Shown here: positions 20,695-31,039 of the stretch, piece after piece | How the letters are laid out: each line of letters starts with the position of its first letter | How positions within the stretch are numbered: position 1 is the first letter of the stretch | NCBI GenBank assembly: GCA_963709345.1 | Contig: CAVPVX010000011.1 | Coordinates: 128,001 to 192,000, forward strand | Length of the DNA stretch: 64,000 nt | Direction of reading: 5' to 3' | Origin: an uncultured Actinomycetes bacterium | GTDB lineage: Bacteria; Actinomycetota; Thermoleophilia; UBA2241 | The notes under the pieces: generated by a model | Seen by the model: only the letters and a program-made list of their open reading frames with translations | What the model was told of the DNA's origin: nothing | Database searches by the model: none | Made by a program: the position numbers and the translations under genes

Positions 20695-21342
20695 ATGACA
20701 GGGTCAGGTCGGTTACGCAGGGCGATCCGCGAGCTCGGACGAGGGGAACGTGCTCCCCTGAGTGCTATTCTCGACCGCCAGCTCGAAGCGACCATCGCCG
20801 CCTGCAGACTGGCGCGAGCCGTGGCGGAGGGAAGCGCCGTCCCGAGCGAAGCCCACGAGCAGATGGCCGAGATCGAGCACGGCGGCGACGTGCTGCGCGG
20901 CGAGCTCGTGACGAGACTCGAGGGGGTGGTGGTCTCTCCCATCGATCGCGAGGATCTCTTCCGTCTCTCTCGCTCGATTGACGACGTGCTCGACAATCTT
21001 CGCGACTTCGTGCGTGAGTGGGACCTGTACGAGATCGACGGCGGCGACTGGTTTCTGGGGATCCTCGATGCCGTCGCGAATGGGGTCGAGGACCTGCGCC
21101 TCGCGGTGCGGACGCTCGCCAGCGACTCGAAAGACACGAGTCAGTGTGCCCTCGCGTCCAAGAAGTCCGCCGGCGAGATCAGGCGCCTGTACGACGCTGA
21201 GGTGGGACGCCTGTTCAGCGGAGAGCTCACCATGGAGGTCCTCAAGTCCCGCGAACTGCTGAGGAGGCTTGATGTCGTGGGCCTGCGTCTCAATGAGGCC
21301 GCCGACGTGCTGTCGGATGCGGCCGTCAAGCGTTGCGGCTGA
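20695..21342 (+). CDS. Stand-alone DUF47 (PhoU-like, Pit accessory-type) protein
   Basis: Motifs IEHGGD and PIDREDLFRLSRSIDDVLD. Confidence 0.8.
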   Translation: MTGSGRLRRAIRELGRGERAPLSAILDRQLEATIAACRLARAVAEGSAVPSEAHEQMAEIEHGGDVLRGELVTRLEGVVVSPIDREDLFRLSRSIDDVLDNLRDFVREWDLYEIDGGDWFLGILDAVANGVEDLRLAVRTLASDSKDTSQCALASKKSAGEIRRLYDAEVGRLFSGELTMEVLKSRELLRRLDVVGLRLNEAADVLSDAAVKRCG

Positions 21343-21871
21343 GAGGCGAGCGCGACTGATGAGCGGCGAACCTGCCTTGTGTCGAGTGCGGCTCGCTGCA
21401 GGAGACCGGGTGCACCGGACTGACCGCACCTCAGCCGATCGCCAACGCGGCCCGGATGACGTCCTCCATCAATCGGCCGAGTGGTCTGATGTCGTCGGGG
21501 CCCTGACGAGATTCCCGTGGCATCGCCGACCGTCGACAATCTCGGCAGGGCGCTCCTCTTCAGGCGTCCGGGCTTCGATCTGGTCCTAGACGAAGACCGC
21601 TTCGCTCGGCATACTATGGACGAGGTGGAGCGCGGCGACCGCTGCACCGTCGCCAGTAGCTGTATATGGGGCAATCGAGTCGGGGGAGGTGCTCTTGGGA
21701 GCGAGAGCCATGCCGTCGGGGGGCGGCTGTTCGGGTTCATGGTCACGGAGGCCGATCGTCGTCACAGGGGTGTACGCACTGAGGTCGCGGCACTGCCGGG
21801 CCTGATCGGCGTAGGTTCGATATGCTCGCCGTCAACTAGGAGCAGCATACGTAAATCAGAGGGTAGGAGGA

Positions 21872-23025
21872 ATGATGTTCAGTGTCCGTAAGTTGAGTCT
21901 CGTGCTGGCGATGGCGTTGTCGGCAGTGTTACTGGTCGTGGGTGTGGCCGCATGCGGGTCGTCGGACGACACCGGTGCGGCGACGTCGGCGCGTCACGGA
22001 CGCCGCGACGGCGACATCCGTCGCAGACTTCGGCGACATGGACGGCACTTATCGCGGCCGCCAAGGAAGAGGGGACGCTCAACGTGATCGCCCTGCCTCC
22101 GGACTGGGCGAACTACGGCGAGATGATCTCGACCTTCGAGTCCAAGTACGGGATCACGATCAGCTCGGCTCAGCCCGACGGCAGCAGCCAGGATGAGATC
22201 AATGCAGCGACCCAGTTGAAGGGCACGGATCGCGCGCCGGACGTCTTCGACGTGGGCGGCAGCGTGGCCCTCGCCAACCTCAGCGTGTTCGCCCCCTACA
22301 AGTCCGCCATGTGGGACAACATCCCTGACAATCTCAAGGACCCAGATGGTCTGTGGACGAGCAACTACACCGGCTACATGTCGATCGGCTACAACGCCGA
22401 CAAGGTGCCGGAGCCGACCACGATGAACGATCTGCTCAAGCCCGCGTACAAGGGCACGGTCGCCCTCAACGGCAACCCGACGCAGGCATCGGCGGGCTTC
22501 AACGGCGTGGTCATGGCCACGATCGCGAACGGCGGCTCGGCGACGACTTCGCACCCGGGAGTGGACTTCTTCTCGCAGGCTCAACGACGCCGGCAACCTT
22601 CTGCCCGTGGACCCGACTCCGGCTACGATCGCTTCGGGGCAGACGCCGATCGTCATCGACTGGGACTACAACAACGTGGCGCAGACCGCCGCTCTCGAGG
22701 GCAAGGTCGACTGGAAGGTCGTCGTCCCTGCGAACGAGGTCGTCGCCGCGTACTACAACGAGGCGATCAACATCGACGCGCCGCACCCCGCGGCGGCACG
22801 CCTGTGGAAGGAGTTCGTGTTCTCGGCCGAGGGTCAGAACATCTGGCTCAAGGGAGCCGCTCGCCCGGTCCTTATCGACATGATGACGACGGACGGGACG
22901 GTCGATGACGGCGGCACTTGCGATGCTGCCGGTCGTCGAGGGGACACCGGTCGTGCTCACCCAGGCGCAGCTCGAAGCAGGGCAGGACGTACCTGCTCGC
23001 CAACTGGAATAAAGCGGTTCAGTGA
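21872..23025 (+). CDS. ABC substrate-binding lipoprotein (iron/thiamine/polyamine class), several apparent frameshifts
   Basis: Lipobox VAAC, then AAKEEGTLNVIALPPDWANYG, APDVFD and APHPAAARLW pieces spread over three frames. Confidence 0.75.
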
Positions 23026-23065
23026 CCCAAAGCTCTAACGTTCCCCTGATCTGCTGTCGGGGGCC

Positions 23066-23112
23066 ACGGCCTGGGCGCGGGCGGGGCACCCCCGCCCGCG
23101 CGCCCAGGCCGT
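23066..23112 (+). repeat. GC-rich hairpin after the substrate-binding gene
   Basis: ACGGCCTGGGCGCG...CGCGCCCAGGCCGT inverted repeat. Confidence 0.7.
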
Positions 23113-23118
23113 GTTCTG

Positions 23119-23976
23119 ATGTCTCTGAGACCGACGACGCGCCAGCTCGGCGTGGTCCCCTTCTTCGTGTACATCGCGGTCTTCCTGCTCTGGCCGACGG
23201 TCCTCGTGATCGCCGGCGCGTTCCGGAGCAGCGATGGCCAGGTGACCCTCGACAACATCAAGACGGTCGTGGGGACCGGCGCCTATCTCCAGGCCTTCTG
23301 GTATTCGATCAAGCTCTCGGTGGTGACTGCCTTGGCCGGTGGCGTGTTCGGTGGGCTGCTGGCCTGGGCGGTCGCGGAGGGTAACCCACACGGCGTGTTT
23401 CGCCGTCAAGCGGTGGCCTGGTCCGGTGTACTCGCCCAGTTCGGCGGCGTGATGCTCGCCTTCGCGTTCCTGGCCACGTTCGGCTACGACGGCGTGATCA
23501 CTCTGGCCCTGCAGCGTGTTGCGGGAGTCGACCCCCTCACCAGCGGCGGGTGGATCTACAGCTTCACCGGCCTCGCAGTCGTCTACACGTTCTTCCAGAT
23601 CCCGCTGATGGTCCTGATCTTTCTCCCGGCGGTCGACGGCCTTCAGGTGCAGTGGCGGGAGGCGTCGGACAACCTCGGCGGGGGCTCCTGGGCCTACTGG
23701 CGGTATGTGGCGGGGCCGATCCTCGCACCCAGCTTCGTGGCCGGACTGCTGCTGCTCTTCGTCAGTGCCTTCTCAGCCTATGCGACGGCCGCCGCCCTCA
23801 TCAGCCAGGGGAGCCCGATCGTGCCCCTGCAGATCCGCACCTTCATGCAGAGCGAGGTGGTCCTTGGCCAGGCCAACGTGGGCAAGGCCCTGGCGTTCGG
23901 CATGGTCGTGGTCGTCGCCGTCGTGATGTCGCTCTACGCCTTGCTGCAGCGAAAGGGTGCAAAGTGGCGCGCTTAG
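23119..23976 (+). CDS. ABC permease 1
   Basis: Six TM segments; EAA-like loop WREASDNLGG. Confidence 0.9.
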   Translation: MSLRPTTRQLGVVPFFVYIAVFLLWPTVLVIAGAFRSSDGQVTLDNIKTVVGTGAYLQAFWYSIKLSVVTALAGGVFGGLLAWAVAEGNPHGVFRRQAVAWSGVLAQFGGVMLAFAFLATFGYDGVITLALQRVAGVDPLTSGGWIYSFTGLAVVYTFFQIPLMVLIFLPAVDGLQVQWREASDNLGGGSWAYWRYVAGPILAPSFVAGLLLLFVSAFSAYATAAALISQGSPIVPLQIRTFMQSEVVLGQANVGKALAFGMVVVVAVVMSLYALLQRKGAKWRA

Positions 23977-24818
23977 CCAAGGCTCGAAGGACCGGCGGTT
24001 CCCGCCGGACCTGGTCTCGGGCGCTCGTGAGATGGATCGTGCTCACGGTCGTCGGCGCCTACCTGCTGGTGCCCCTTCTGTCCATGCTGGACTTCTCGAC
24101 CCGAGGCGCGGGCTCGGGCCGCACGCTGGAAGCTTGGACGGCCATCGCCAGCTACACCGAACTGGTCAGCGCGATCGCCGTGACGCTCGAGCTTGCCGTG
24201 ATCACCGTCGCGGGGATGCTGTGTCTCCTGGTGCCGACGATGGTGTGGGTCCACCTGCGTCTGCCCGCGGTGCGTCGCGCGATGGAGTTCTTCTGTCTGC
24301 TGCCGTTGACGATTCCGGCCATCGTACTCGTCGTCGGGCTGGCGCCGGTCTTCTCGTGGCTCGCATACTTCTTCGGAGACACTCCGCTGGTGCTGGCGTT
24401 CGTCTTTGTCGTTCTCGTCATGCCGTTCGCCTACCGCGCCATCGACGCGGGGTTGCGGGCCGTGGACATCGGGACCCTGTCGGAGGCCGCCCTCGGTCTG
24501 GGCGCTTCGTGGTGGGGCACCCTGTTCCGGATCGTGATACCGAGTATCCGGGGAGCGCTCCTCTCCGCCGCGGTGCTCTCCATCGCGCTGGTCATGGGCG
24601 AGTACACCATCGCGTCATTGCTCAACTACAACACGCTGCAGGTCGTGCTGTACCAGGTCGGGCTGCGGGACGCCGCGGTGTCCGTTGCGGTGTCGCTGGC
24701 TGCCCTCATATTCGGCTTCATCCTGCTCTTCATCGTGTCCTCCGCGGGCTCTCGGCGTCGCGGTGTGTCTGATGGTGAGGAATCGACTCTTGCGCCCCTG
24801 GAAGGAGGCCTTCAGTAG
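23964..24818 (+). CDS. ABC permease 2
   Basis: LSEAALGLGAS EAA loop. Confidence 0.9.
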   Translation: MARLAKARRTGGSRRTWSRALVRWIVLTVVGAYLLVPLLSMLDFSTRGAGSGRTLEAWTAIASYTELVSAIAVTLELAVITVAGMLCLLVPTMVWVHLRLPAVRRAMEFFCLLPLTIPAIVLVVGLAPVFSWLAYFFGDTPLVLAFVFVVLVMPFAYRAIDAGLRAVDIGTLSEAALGLGASWWGTLFRIVIPSIRGALLSAAVLSIALVMGEYTIASLLNYNTLQVVLYQVGLRDAAVSVAVSLAALIFGFILLFIVSSAGSRRRGVSDGEESTLAPLEGGLQ

Positions 24819-25966
24819 TGACTTCCGAGATCGAAACGACCGGAGGCGTGGATCGCTCCACGCGATCGGGCGTCGCACTGCAGTTGGTCGAGCTCTACCG
24901 ATCGTGGGGGGCCGTTCACGCTCTCGACGGGCTGTCCCTCGACATCGCGGCGGGCGAGCTCGTCGCCTTCCTTGGGCCTTCCGGCTGCGGCAAGACCACG
25001 GCACTGAGGATCATCGCAGGGCTGGACGATGCCGATTCAGGCGAGGTTCTCGTGGAGGGCGAGGACATCTGCCGCGTCCGCGCAAGTCGGCGCGGCATGG
25101 GCATGGTCCATCAGGCCTACAGCTTGTTCCCCAACATGACGGCACGCGACAACGTCGCCTTCGGACTGCTGATGCGGAAGGTGGGCAAGGCGGAGAGGCA
25201 TCGTCGCGCGAACGACCTGCTCGAGCTTGTGGGCCTGGCTGCGCAGGCCGGCCGCTACCCCAGTGAGATGTCCGGTGGGCAGCAGCAACGTGTTGCGCTG
25301 GCTCGGGCCCTCGCCATCGAGCCGAGGGTCCTGCTCCTTGACGAGCCGCTGTCCGCGCTCGATGCCAAGGTGCGCGGCGAACTCCGTGACGAGATCCGGC
25401 GCATCCAGGTCGAGGTGGGCACCACGACCATCTTCGTGACACACGACCAGGAAGAGGCGTTTGCTCTCGCCGACCGGGTCGCGGTGATGAACCTCGGCCG
25501 GCTCGAGCAGGTGGCGCCGCCCACGGAGATCTACCAGAGGCCGCGGACGGCGTTCGTGGCCGAATTCGTCGGTCTGACCAACCGGCTGCCGGGAACGGCG
25601 AAGGGCGGCATGGTCGACGTGCTCGATAGCCGTGTGCCTCTGCTCGATGGGTCCGCGGAGTCCGGCGAGGTGACGGTGCTTGTGCGGCCCGAATCGATAC
25701 AGGTCGCGTCGTCCCCCGAGGGCAACGCGACGGTGGCCGCGCTGAGCTTCCGAGGGCCGATCTGCCTGCTTCGGATCCGGCTCGCGGCCGGCGGGGACCT
25801 GGTGCTCGTGCAGGTGCCGAGCGCGGAGAGCGCGGAGCTCACCGTCGGCGCCTCCGTGCGCGCGACGATGCGTGCGGCGCCGGTGCTCGCCGTAGCCGCG
25901 GCACCCGAAAGGGATGAGCGGTCGGGCGCCGGCGAGCGATTGGCGGAGTCGCTGCAGGAAGCGTAA
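24818..25966 (+). CDS. ABC ATPase (PotA/FbpC-like, TOBE domain)
   Basis: Motifs GPSGCGKTT, MSGGQQQRV, LDEP, VTHDQEEA. Confidence 0.92.
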   Translation: MTSEIETTGGVDRSTRSGVALQLVELYRSWGAVHALDGLSLDIAAGELVAFLGPSGCGKTTALRIIAGLDDADSGEVLVEGEDICRVRASRRGMGMVHQAYSLFPNMTARDNVAFGLLMRKVGKAERHRRANDLLELVGLAAQAGRYPSEMSGGQQQRVALARALAIEPRVLLLDEPLSALDAKVRGELRDEIRRIQVEVGTTTIFVTHDQEEAFALADRVAVMNLGRLEQVAPPTEIYQRPRTAFVAEFVGLTNRLPGTAKGGMVDVLDSRVPLLDGSAESGEVTVLVRPESIQVASSPEGNATVAALSFRGPICLLRIRLAAGGDLVLVQVPSAESAELTVGASVRATMRAAPVLAVAAAPERDERSGAGERLAESLQEA

Positions 25967-26131
25967 CGGCGAGACGCCCTGAGCGTCGCGGAACGGAGCT
26001 CGTGAGGAGTACCGTCTTGCCGGCGCCGCGCTCATCTCCGGAAGCAGGACCAAGGTGCGCCACGATCACTCGGCGATGCTATCGGCCGTGGCGGTCCGCG
26101 CCTCGCGCGCCGAGCGACCATCCGCGGCCGG

Positions 26132-26908
26132 CTACTGAAGCTCGCCGTCCACCAGGCGCAGCACCTGCCCGTCACTCGTCATGAGCCGCTGATCGTGCGT
26201 CACGACGAGGACGCTGCGACCCTCACGCGAGGCGATATCGCGAAACAGCTCCAGGATCTGGCTCCCGCTCGCTGAGTCGAGGTTCGCGGTGGGTTCGTCG
26301 GCGAGGATCAGTGGCGGATCGTTGATGAGCGCCCGCGCCATGGCCACGCGCTGCTTCTCACCGGCCGAGAGTTCCTCCGGGCGGTGCGTCAGACGGTGCC
26401 CCAGACCGAGCTGCTCCAGGAGCCCCGCGGCGCGGCGGTTCCGCTTGCGGCGCGACAGAGCGGCCAGGGAACCCGGCAGCGCCACGTTCTCCAGAGCGCT
26501 GAGCGCCGGGAAGAGGTTGAAGGACTGGAAGACGAAGCCGATACGCAGCAGGCGCAGGCGCGCGAGGTCGGCGTTGCCGAGCTTGCCGAGCGACTTGCCT
26601 TCGAGTCTCACCTCGCCGGTCGAGGGCGACAGCATGGCGCCGGCGATCATCAGCAGCGTGGTCTTGCCGGAGCCGGACGGCCCCATGATCAGCGAGACCT
26701 GACCCGGGAAGAGCCGCAGGTCGACGCCTCGCACCGCCCGGACCTTGGCCGCCCCCCTGCCGTAGGTCTTGGTCACGCCGCGAAGCTCGAGCAAGGGCTC
26801 GGCCTGGCCTTCGGCCATGGCTACAGCCTCGGCCACGTGCCCGCCGATCTTGCGCACGTGGAACTGCGCTGCCCTCTCAGCCCTCTCGCTGCCGATCCGC
26901 CGGCTCAT
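26132..26908 (-). CDS. ABC ATPase (MacB/LolD-like)
   Basis: Motifs GPSGSGKTT, LSAGEKQR, ADEPTANLD. Confidence 0.9.
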   Translation of the reverse strand: MSRRIGSERAERAAQFHVRKIGGHVAEAVAMAEGQAEPLLELRGVTKTYGRGAAKVRAVRGVDLRLFPGQVSLIMGPSGSGKTTLLMIAGAMLSPSTGEVRLEGKSLGKLGNADLARLRLLRIGFVFQSFNLFPALSALENVALPGSLAALSRRKRNRRAAGLLEQLGLGHRLTHRPEELSAGEKQRVAMARALINDPPLILADEPTANLDSASGSQILELFRDIASREGRSVLVVTHDQRLMTSDGQVLRLVDGELQ

Positions 26909-28020
26909 GAGCGGAACACGATCGCGGGATCGACGCGGGAGATGTTGCGCAGCGGGATCACCGCCGCGATGAGCCCCATGAGCAGCGCCGCCAGGCCGAC
27001 GAGGGCGACGTCCTTGGGGAGGATGAGCGTGATGAACTGCGGCACCCAGATCTCCGCGGCGCGCGCCGCCAGCAGCGACACCGCAAGACCTGCGACGTAG
27101 CCGCAGGCGGCGGCGCCCAGGGCCTGAACGGCGACGACCATGAGCATCTGCACGGGGCGAGCGCCGAGGGCCTTGAGCACGCCGTACTCGCGCCGATGCT
27201 CGAGCACCGCCGAGTAGATCGTCAGACCGATGACCGCCACGCCGACGCAGAAACCGATGACCAGCAGCACGCCGAGCACCGGCAGAAAGCCCTCCTTGAC
27301 GATGCGCTCGTTCTCGCGGATGACCGTCGCCGTGCTCTTGACCAAGGTCTTCGGCGCCTCCTTCTTCAGGCGCTCGGTCACCGCCGCGAGACTGGCGCCC
27401 GGCTCCAGACGGATCAGGAAGGCGTTGACCAGATCGTTGCTCTGCAGCAGCGAGCGCGCCCGCTTGTTCGTCACGAAGCCGTACTGGAACATCACGACGT
27501 CGCCGCCGGCGCTGATACCCGCCACGCGCAGCTCCCGATCCAAGATGGTGAGCCGGTCACCGATGTTCAGCGTGTTGCGGTGCGCGAAGACCTTGTCGAC
27601 GATGATCTCGTGGTTGCCGATCGCCTTCGTGCCCGACTCCATGCGCAGTGGGCCCGGTCCGGGGCCGCGGGCCTTCGGGTCGAAGCCGGCGACGTAGAGC
27701 ACGACGTCGCGTCCGCCGAGCTCGAAACCGAGCTCCCGCGCCATGTAGGGGATGGCCTCGGCGACGCCGCCGGTCGCGCTGATGGTGGTCTCGAGGCTCG
27801 AGGGCAGGACGGAGTACGACTGCAGCATGTCGGCGGTACCGGTCTGCACCACCCAGGCGTCCACGTCCATGGCGTTGTAGAAGTCGCCGACCTTGTGTTC
27901 GTAGGCGAGGTAGAGGCCGCGGAGCAGGATCATCAGGGCGACCGCGAAGGCCACCCCGCCGATCGAGATGGCGAGACGGGCGCGCTCCTTGAAGAGGTTC
28001 TTGCGGGCGAGGGTCCACAT
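26905..28020 (-). CDS. MacB/FtsX-like ABC permease
   Basis: ARKNL N-terminus, REYGVLKALGA, C-terminal VDPAIVFR. Confidence 0.85.
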   Translation of the reverse strand: MWTLARKNLFKERARLAISIGGVAFAVALMILLRGLYLAYEHKVGDFYNAMDVDAWVVQTGTADMLQSYSVLPSSLETTISATGGVAEAIPYMARELGFELGGRDVVLYVAGFDPKARGPGPGPLRMESGTKAIGNHEIIVDKVFAHRNTLNIGDRLTILDRELRVAGISAGGDVVMFQYGFVTNKRARSLLQSNDLVNAFLIRLEPGASLAAVTERLKKEAPKTLVKSTATVIRENERIVKEGFLPVLGVLLVIGFCVGVAVIGLTIYSAVLEHRREYGVLKALGARPVQMLMVVAVQALGAAACGYVAGLAVSLLAARAAEIWVPQFITLILPKDVALVGLAALLMGLIAAVIPLRNISRVDPAIVFRS

Positions 28021-28044
28021 GGCGGGTGGTCGTCCGCGCTTCGC

Positions 28045-29271
28045 TCAGCCGGCCGTGATGGGGTAGGGCAGCGAAGCGCCCTCGGGGATGGCCTCGATGT
28101 ACTTCTCTCTGAACTCGGGATCCTGCATGCGACAGTGCAGAGAGCGCTTGACGTACGCCGGGTGCTCAAGCATCTGCTGCCAGAGCTCGCCGACACTCGC
28201 GTCGCGCACGCTGCCGAACGAGAGGGGCGTGAAATCGCAGGGCGTGAGGTCACCGTGCGCTGTGACGTGACACTGCAGGTTGGCGGCCAGGCAGCCGATC
28301 AGCAGGCTGAACCCTCGTCCGCTGTTGGTCCAGGACTGGGTGATGACTCGCAACCGTCCTTTGTGCACACGGTTGACCTCGCGTCCCTCGGCCATGAGCC
28401 GGCGCCGGTGCGGCGCGTCCAGCAGCGGCCCGCAGTCGTGCAGCAGTCGTCCGGTGCGGATGCCGTCGAAGACGCTGACCTCGCTCACGCCCCAGTCTTC
28501 GGCGAGGGCGGCGACGCGGCTCAGGTTGCGGCCCTCCACCGAGGCGTCGGTGGCGAAGGTGGAAAGACCCACGAGCAGACCGGCGCGTCGCGCGCTGCGC
28601 GCGGCCTTCTCGACCGCGCGAAACACGCCCTTGCGGCCGCGCAGTTCGTCGTGAACCGCCTCGTCGGGGTCGTCCAGGCTCAGGTGGATGCCGTAGACGC
28701 CCGCGTCGCGCAGTGACAGGAGAACCTCGTCCGTCGCCCCCAGTCCGTTGCAGAAGAACTCGGCGACCGCGCGTTCGCGTGGCACCGAGGCGGCGAGCTG
28801 GGCGAGGTCCTTGCGCAGCAAAGGCTCGCCGCCGGTGAACGTGACGACGCTCGCGCCGGCGTCGACGCACTCCCCGATGACCCGCTGCCAGGTCGCCGTG
28901 TCGAGGTCGCCCTGCCCATTCGGCCGCATGGCGGCGCTGCAGTGCGGGCACGACAGCTGGCAGGCGCTCGTGACGGCCAGAGTGGCCGCCATGGGCGTGC
29001 GCCGCCCGAAGAGTCGATTGCGCAGAAAGTTCTCCAGCTGGTGGGCGTGGGCCGTGCTCGGCACGGGGGGGACGTAGAGCGAGTAGATGTAGCGGCCGTT
29101 CTGCACGCGCACGGGCCCCAGCGTGTTGAGCCAGGCGAAGTAGGCGTGGATCGACGGTATGCAGCGGCCGGGTGCCTTGCCGCGGGTCCTGAGCGACAGG
29201 CGGCCACCGGACGCGCGTACGTCGAGCTCGAGGTGCTCAAGCTCGGGTGTGTGCGAGAACCGGTAGATCAC
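28045..29271 (-). CDS. Radical SAM protein with SPASM/twitch domain
   Basis: Motifs CQLSCPHC, FTGGEP, GCLAA...HVTAHGDLTPC. Confidence 0.88.
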   Translation of the reverse strand: MIYRFSHTPELEHLELDVRASGGRLSLRTRGKAPGRCIPSIHAYFAWLNTLGPVRVQNGRYIYSLYVPPVPSTAHAHQLENFLRNRLFGRRTPMAATLAVTSACQLSCPHCSAAMRPNGQGDLDTATWQRVIGECVDAGASVVTFTGGEPLLRKDLAQLAASVPRERAVAEFFCNGLGATDEVLLSLRDAGVYGIHLSLDDPDEAVHDELRGRKGVFRAVEKAARSARRAGLLVGLSTFATDASVEGRNLSRVAALAEDWGVSEVSVFDGIRTGRLLHDCGPLLDAPHRRRLMAEGREVNRVHKGRLRVITQSWTNSGRGFSLLIGCLAANLQCHVTAHGDLTPCDFTPLSFGSVRDASVGELWQQMLEHPAYVKRSLHCRMQDPEFREKYIEAIPEGASLPYPITAG

Positions 29272-29455
29272 GACGCGCCCCTTTCGCGGTCCGTTCCGAC
29301 CGTGGCGTGCACGGGTGCCGCCCAGGCACCCAGGACGTTTGTACCCTATCGTGTCTTTCGCGACAAACTGCCTCGGACCATGGGGAGCGGCTTGCCGGGC
29401 TCCCAGGTCTTCCCGGGGTCGGCGCCTGCGCCTGCGCGTGCGATACGCTTGCCCG

Positions 29456-30364
29456 ATGGAACAGCGACCGCCTGCCTCCGCCTACGTCGCCGCCGTCGCC
29501 ATGACGGTCGCCTTCGGCCTCTCCTTCGTCGCGACCAAGTACGCCCTGCGCGGCTTCGAGCCGCTGCTGCTGGCGCTGCTGCGCTTCGCGCTGGCCGGCG
29601 GCATCCTCTGGGTCGTGTGGCGCCTGCGGCGGGGCGGGGAGCGACCCACGCGCGGCGAGCTGCTGCGTCTTGCCGTGCTCGGCTTCGTCTCGCTCACCGT
29701 CTACTTCAGCTTCGAGAACCTCGGGATCGCCCGCACGAGCGCCTCGGAAGCGGCGATCCTCATCGCCACGATCCCGATCTTCGTCGTGCTGCTCAACGCG
29801 TTCACGCTGCGGGAGCGCAACGGCGGGCGCCAGTGGGCCGGCATCCTGCTCTCATTCGCCGGCATCGTCGCACTGGTGCTCCTCGGCGGCGCCGCGTCGG
29901 AAGGTGGCCTCGCCGGCAACCTGCTCGTGCTGACGGCGTCGCTGGCGGGAGCCGCCTACAGCCTCCTGGCGCGCCGCCTGCTCGTGAGTCGCCCGGCGCT
30001 CTACGTGACGACGTTCCAGAACCTCTTCGGGGCGCTTTTCATGCTCCCGCTGGCGATCGCCGAGGCGTTCATCGCCGGGGTGCGGCAGCCGACCGCGGGG
30101 GCGGCGGGTGGCGTGCTGTTTCTCACCGTCGTCTGCTCGATCACGGCGTACCTGCTGCTCAACTACGCGTTCCGCTTCATCCCGGCGAGCCGCGTGAGCG
30201 TGTTCATCAACCTCACGCCGGTGGTGGCCGTGGCGAGCGCCTACCTGCTGCTGGGCGAGCGGCTCACGGCGTGGCAGGCGGTCGCGGCGGTCGTGGTGGT
30301 GGCGGGGGTGTGGCTGGCGAACAGCGGCGCGCGAGAGGAGTCTAGAAGTCCATCGGCAGGATGA
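29456..30364 (+). CDS. EamA/DMT transporter
   Basis: Ten TM segments; FINLTPVVA...LLGE. Confidence 0.85.
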   Translation: MEQRPPASAYVAAVAMTVAFGLSFVATKYALRGFEPLLLALLRFALAGGILWVVWRLRRGGERPTRGELLRLAVLGFVSLTVYFSFENLGIARTSASEAAILIATIPIFVVLLNAFTLRERNGGRQWAGILLSFAGIVALVLLGGAASEGGLAGNLLVLTASLAGAAYSLLARRLLVSRPALYVTTFQNLFGALFMLPLAIAEAFIAGVRQPTAGAAGGVLFLTVVCSITAYLLLNYAFRFIPASRVSVFINLTPVVAVASAYLLLGERLTAWQAVAAVVVVAGVWLANSGAREESRSPSAG

Positions 30365-30839
30365 GGTCGCGCTCGAGCGCGCCCACGATGCGTTCCACCT
30401 CGTTCTCGAAGTTGCGCCGCGCCATGCGTTCGGCTTCGCGGGCCAGCGTCTGGGCGCCTTGGTAGAGGTCGCGGTTGAAGCGCTCGACGGCGGCCCGCCC
30501 GAGCGTCACGTCGCGCCGGGTCTCGCACTCCGGGCAGCGCAGCGTGATGTCCCACGAGGCGTCGCCGGAGCGCAGCCAGTCGACGGGATAGACCAGTCGG
30601 CCGCCGCAGACGGGGCAGGCGGCGGTCTCGGTCTCGTCGGCGCATGGCGGCGGCGTATGACTGAGGCCACAGGAGGGCGCGACGGGCGGCTCCGTCTCGG
30701 CGCGCGCGTGCGGCGCGGCGCTGGGCTGCGGTGAGCGGTCGCCGCTGCGGCGGCGGGCGCGCTCCCCGTTGAAGACGAGCATCTCCACGGACGTACCGTC
30801 GGGGAAGACGAAGAGCTCTATCCTGTACTCATCATCCAT
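30342..30839 (-). CDS. Hypothetical zinc-ribbon protein
   Basis: CPVC...LVYPVDW...LRCPECE; GC-rich coding-like codon usage. Confidence 0.65.
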   Translation of the reverse strand: MDDEYRIELFVFPDGTSVEMLVFNGERARRRSGDRSPQPSAAPHARAETEPPVAPSCGLSHTPPPCADETETAACPVCGGRLVYPVDWLRSGDASWDITLRCPECETRRDVTLGRAAVERFNRDLYQGAQTLAREAERMARRNFENEVERIVGALERDLILPMDF

Positions 30840-31039
30840 ATCGACTGCCGGGCGCCGGCCCGGGCGACCTCCTCTCTCGTTTCTCCTATCGGACGGCCCC
30901 CCGGAGGGCTTGAGCATCCGTGCCGTGGCGACCCTCTGGGGCGCCGACCGCCGTGCTCTCTCGCCCGTCGAGGCGCGCTCGTCTGGACAGCCGCGCGCGC
31001 GGTGGGGGATACTACCGGGGCGCTTCGCGGCGCGCGGCC

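Noticed and set aside
11906-26100. Integrative element inserted at tRNA-Arg
   Set aside because: The content looks accessory, but no integrase, transposase or duplicated tRNA 3' end was seen.
28045-29271. Radical SAM as anaerobic sulfatase maturase or PylB
   Set aside because: It lacks the Cys-rich anSME SPASM pattern and BioB/PylB-like features, and it is not adjacent to either system.
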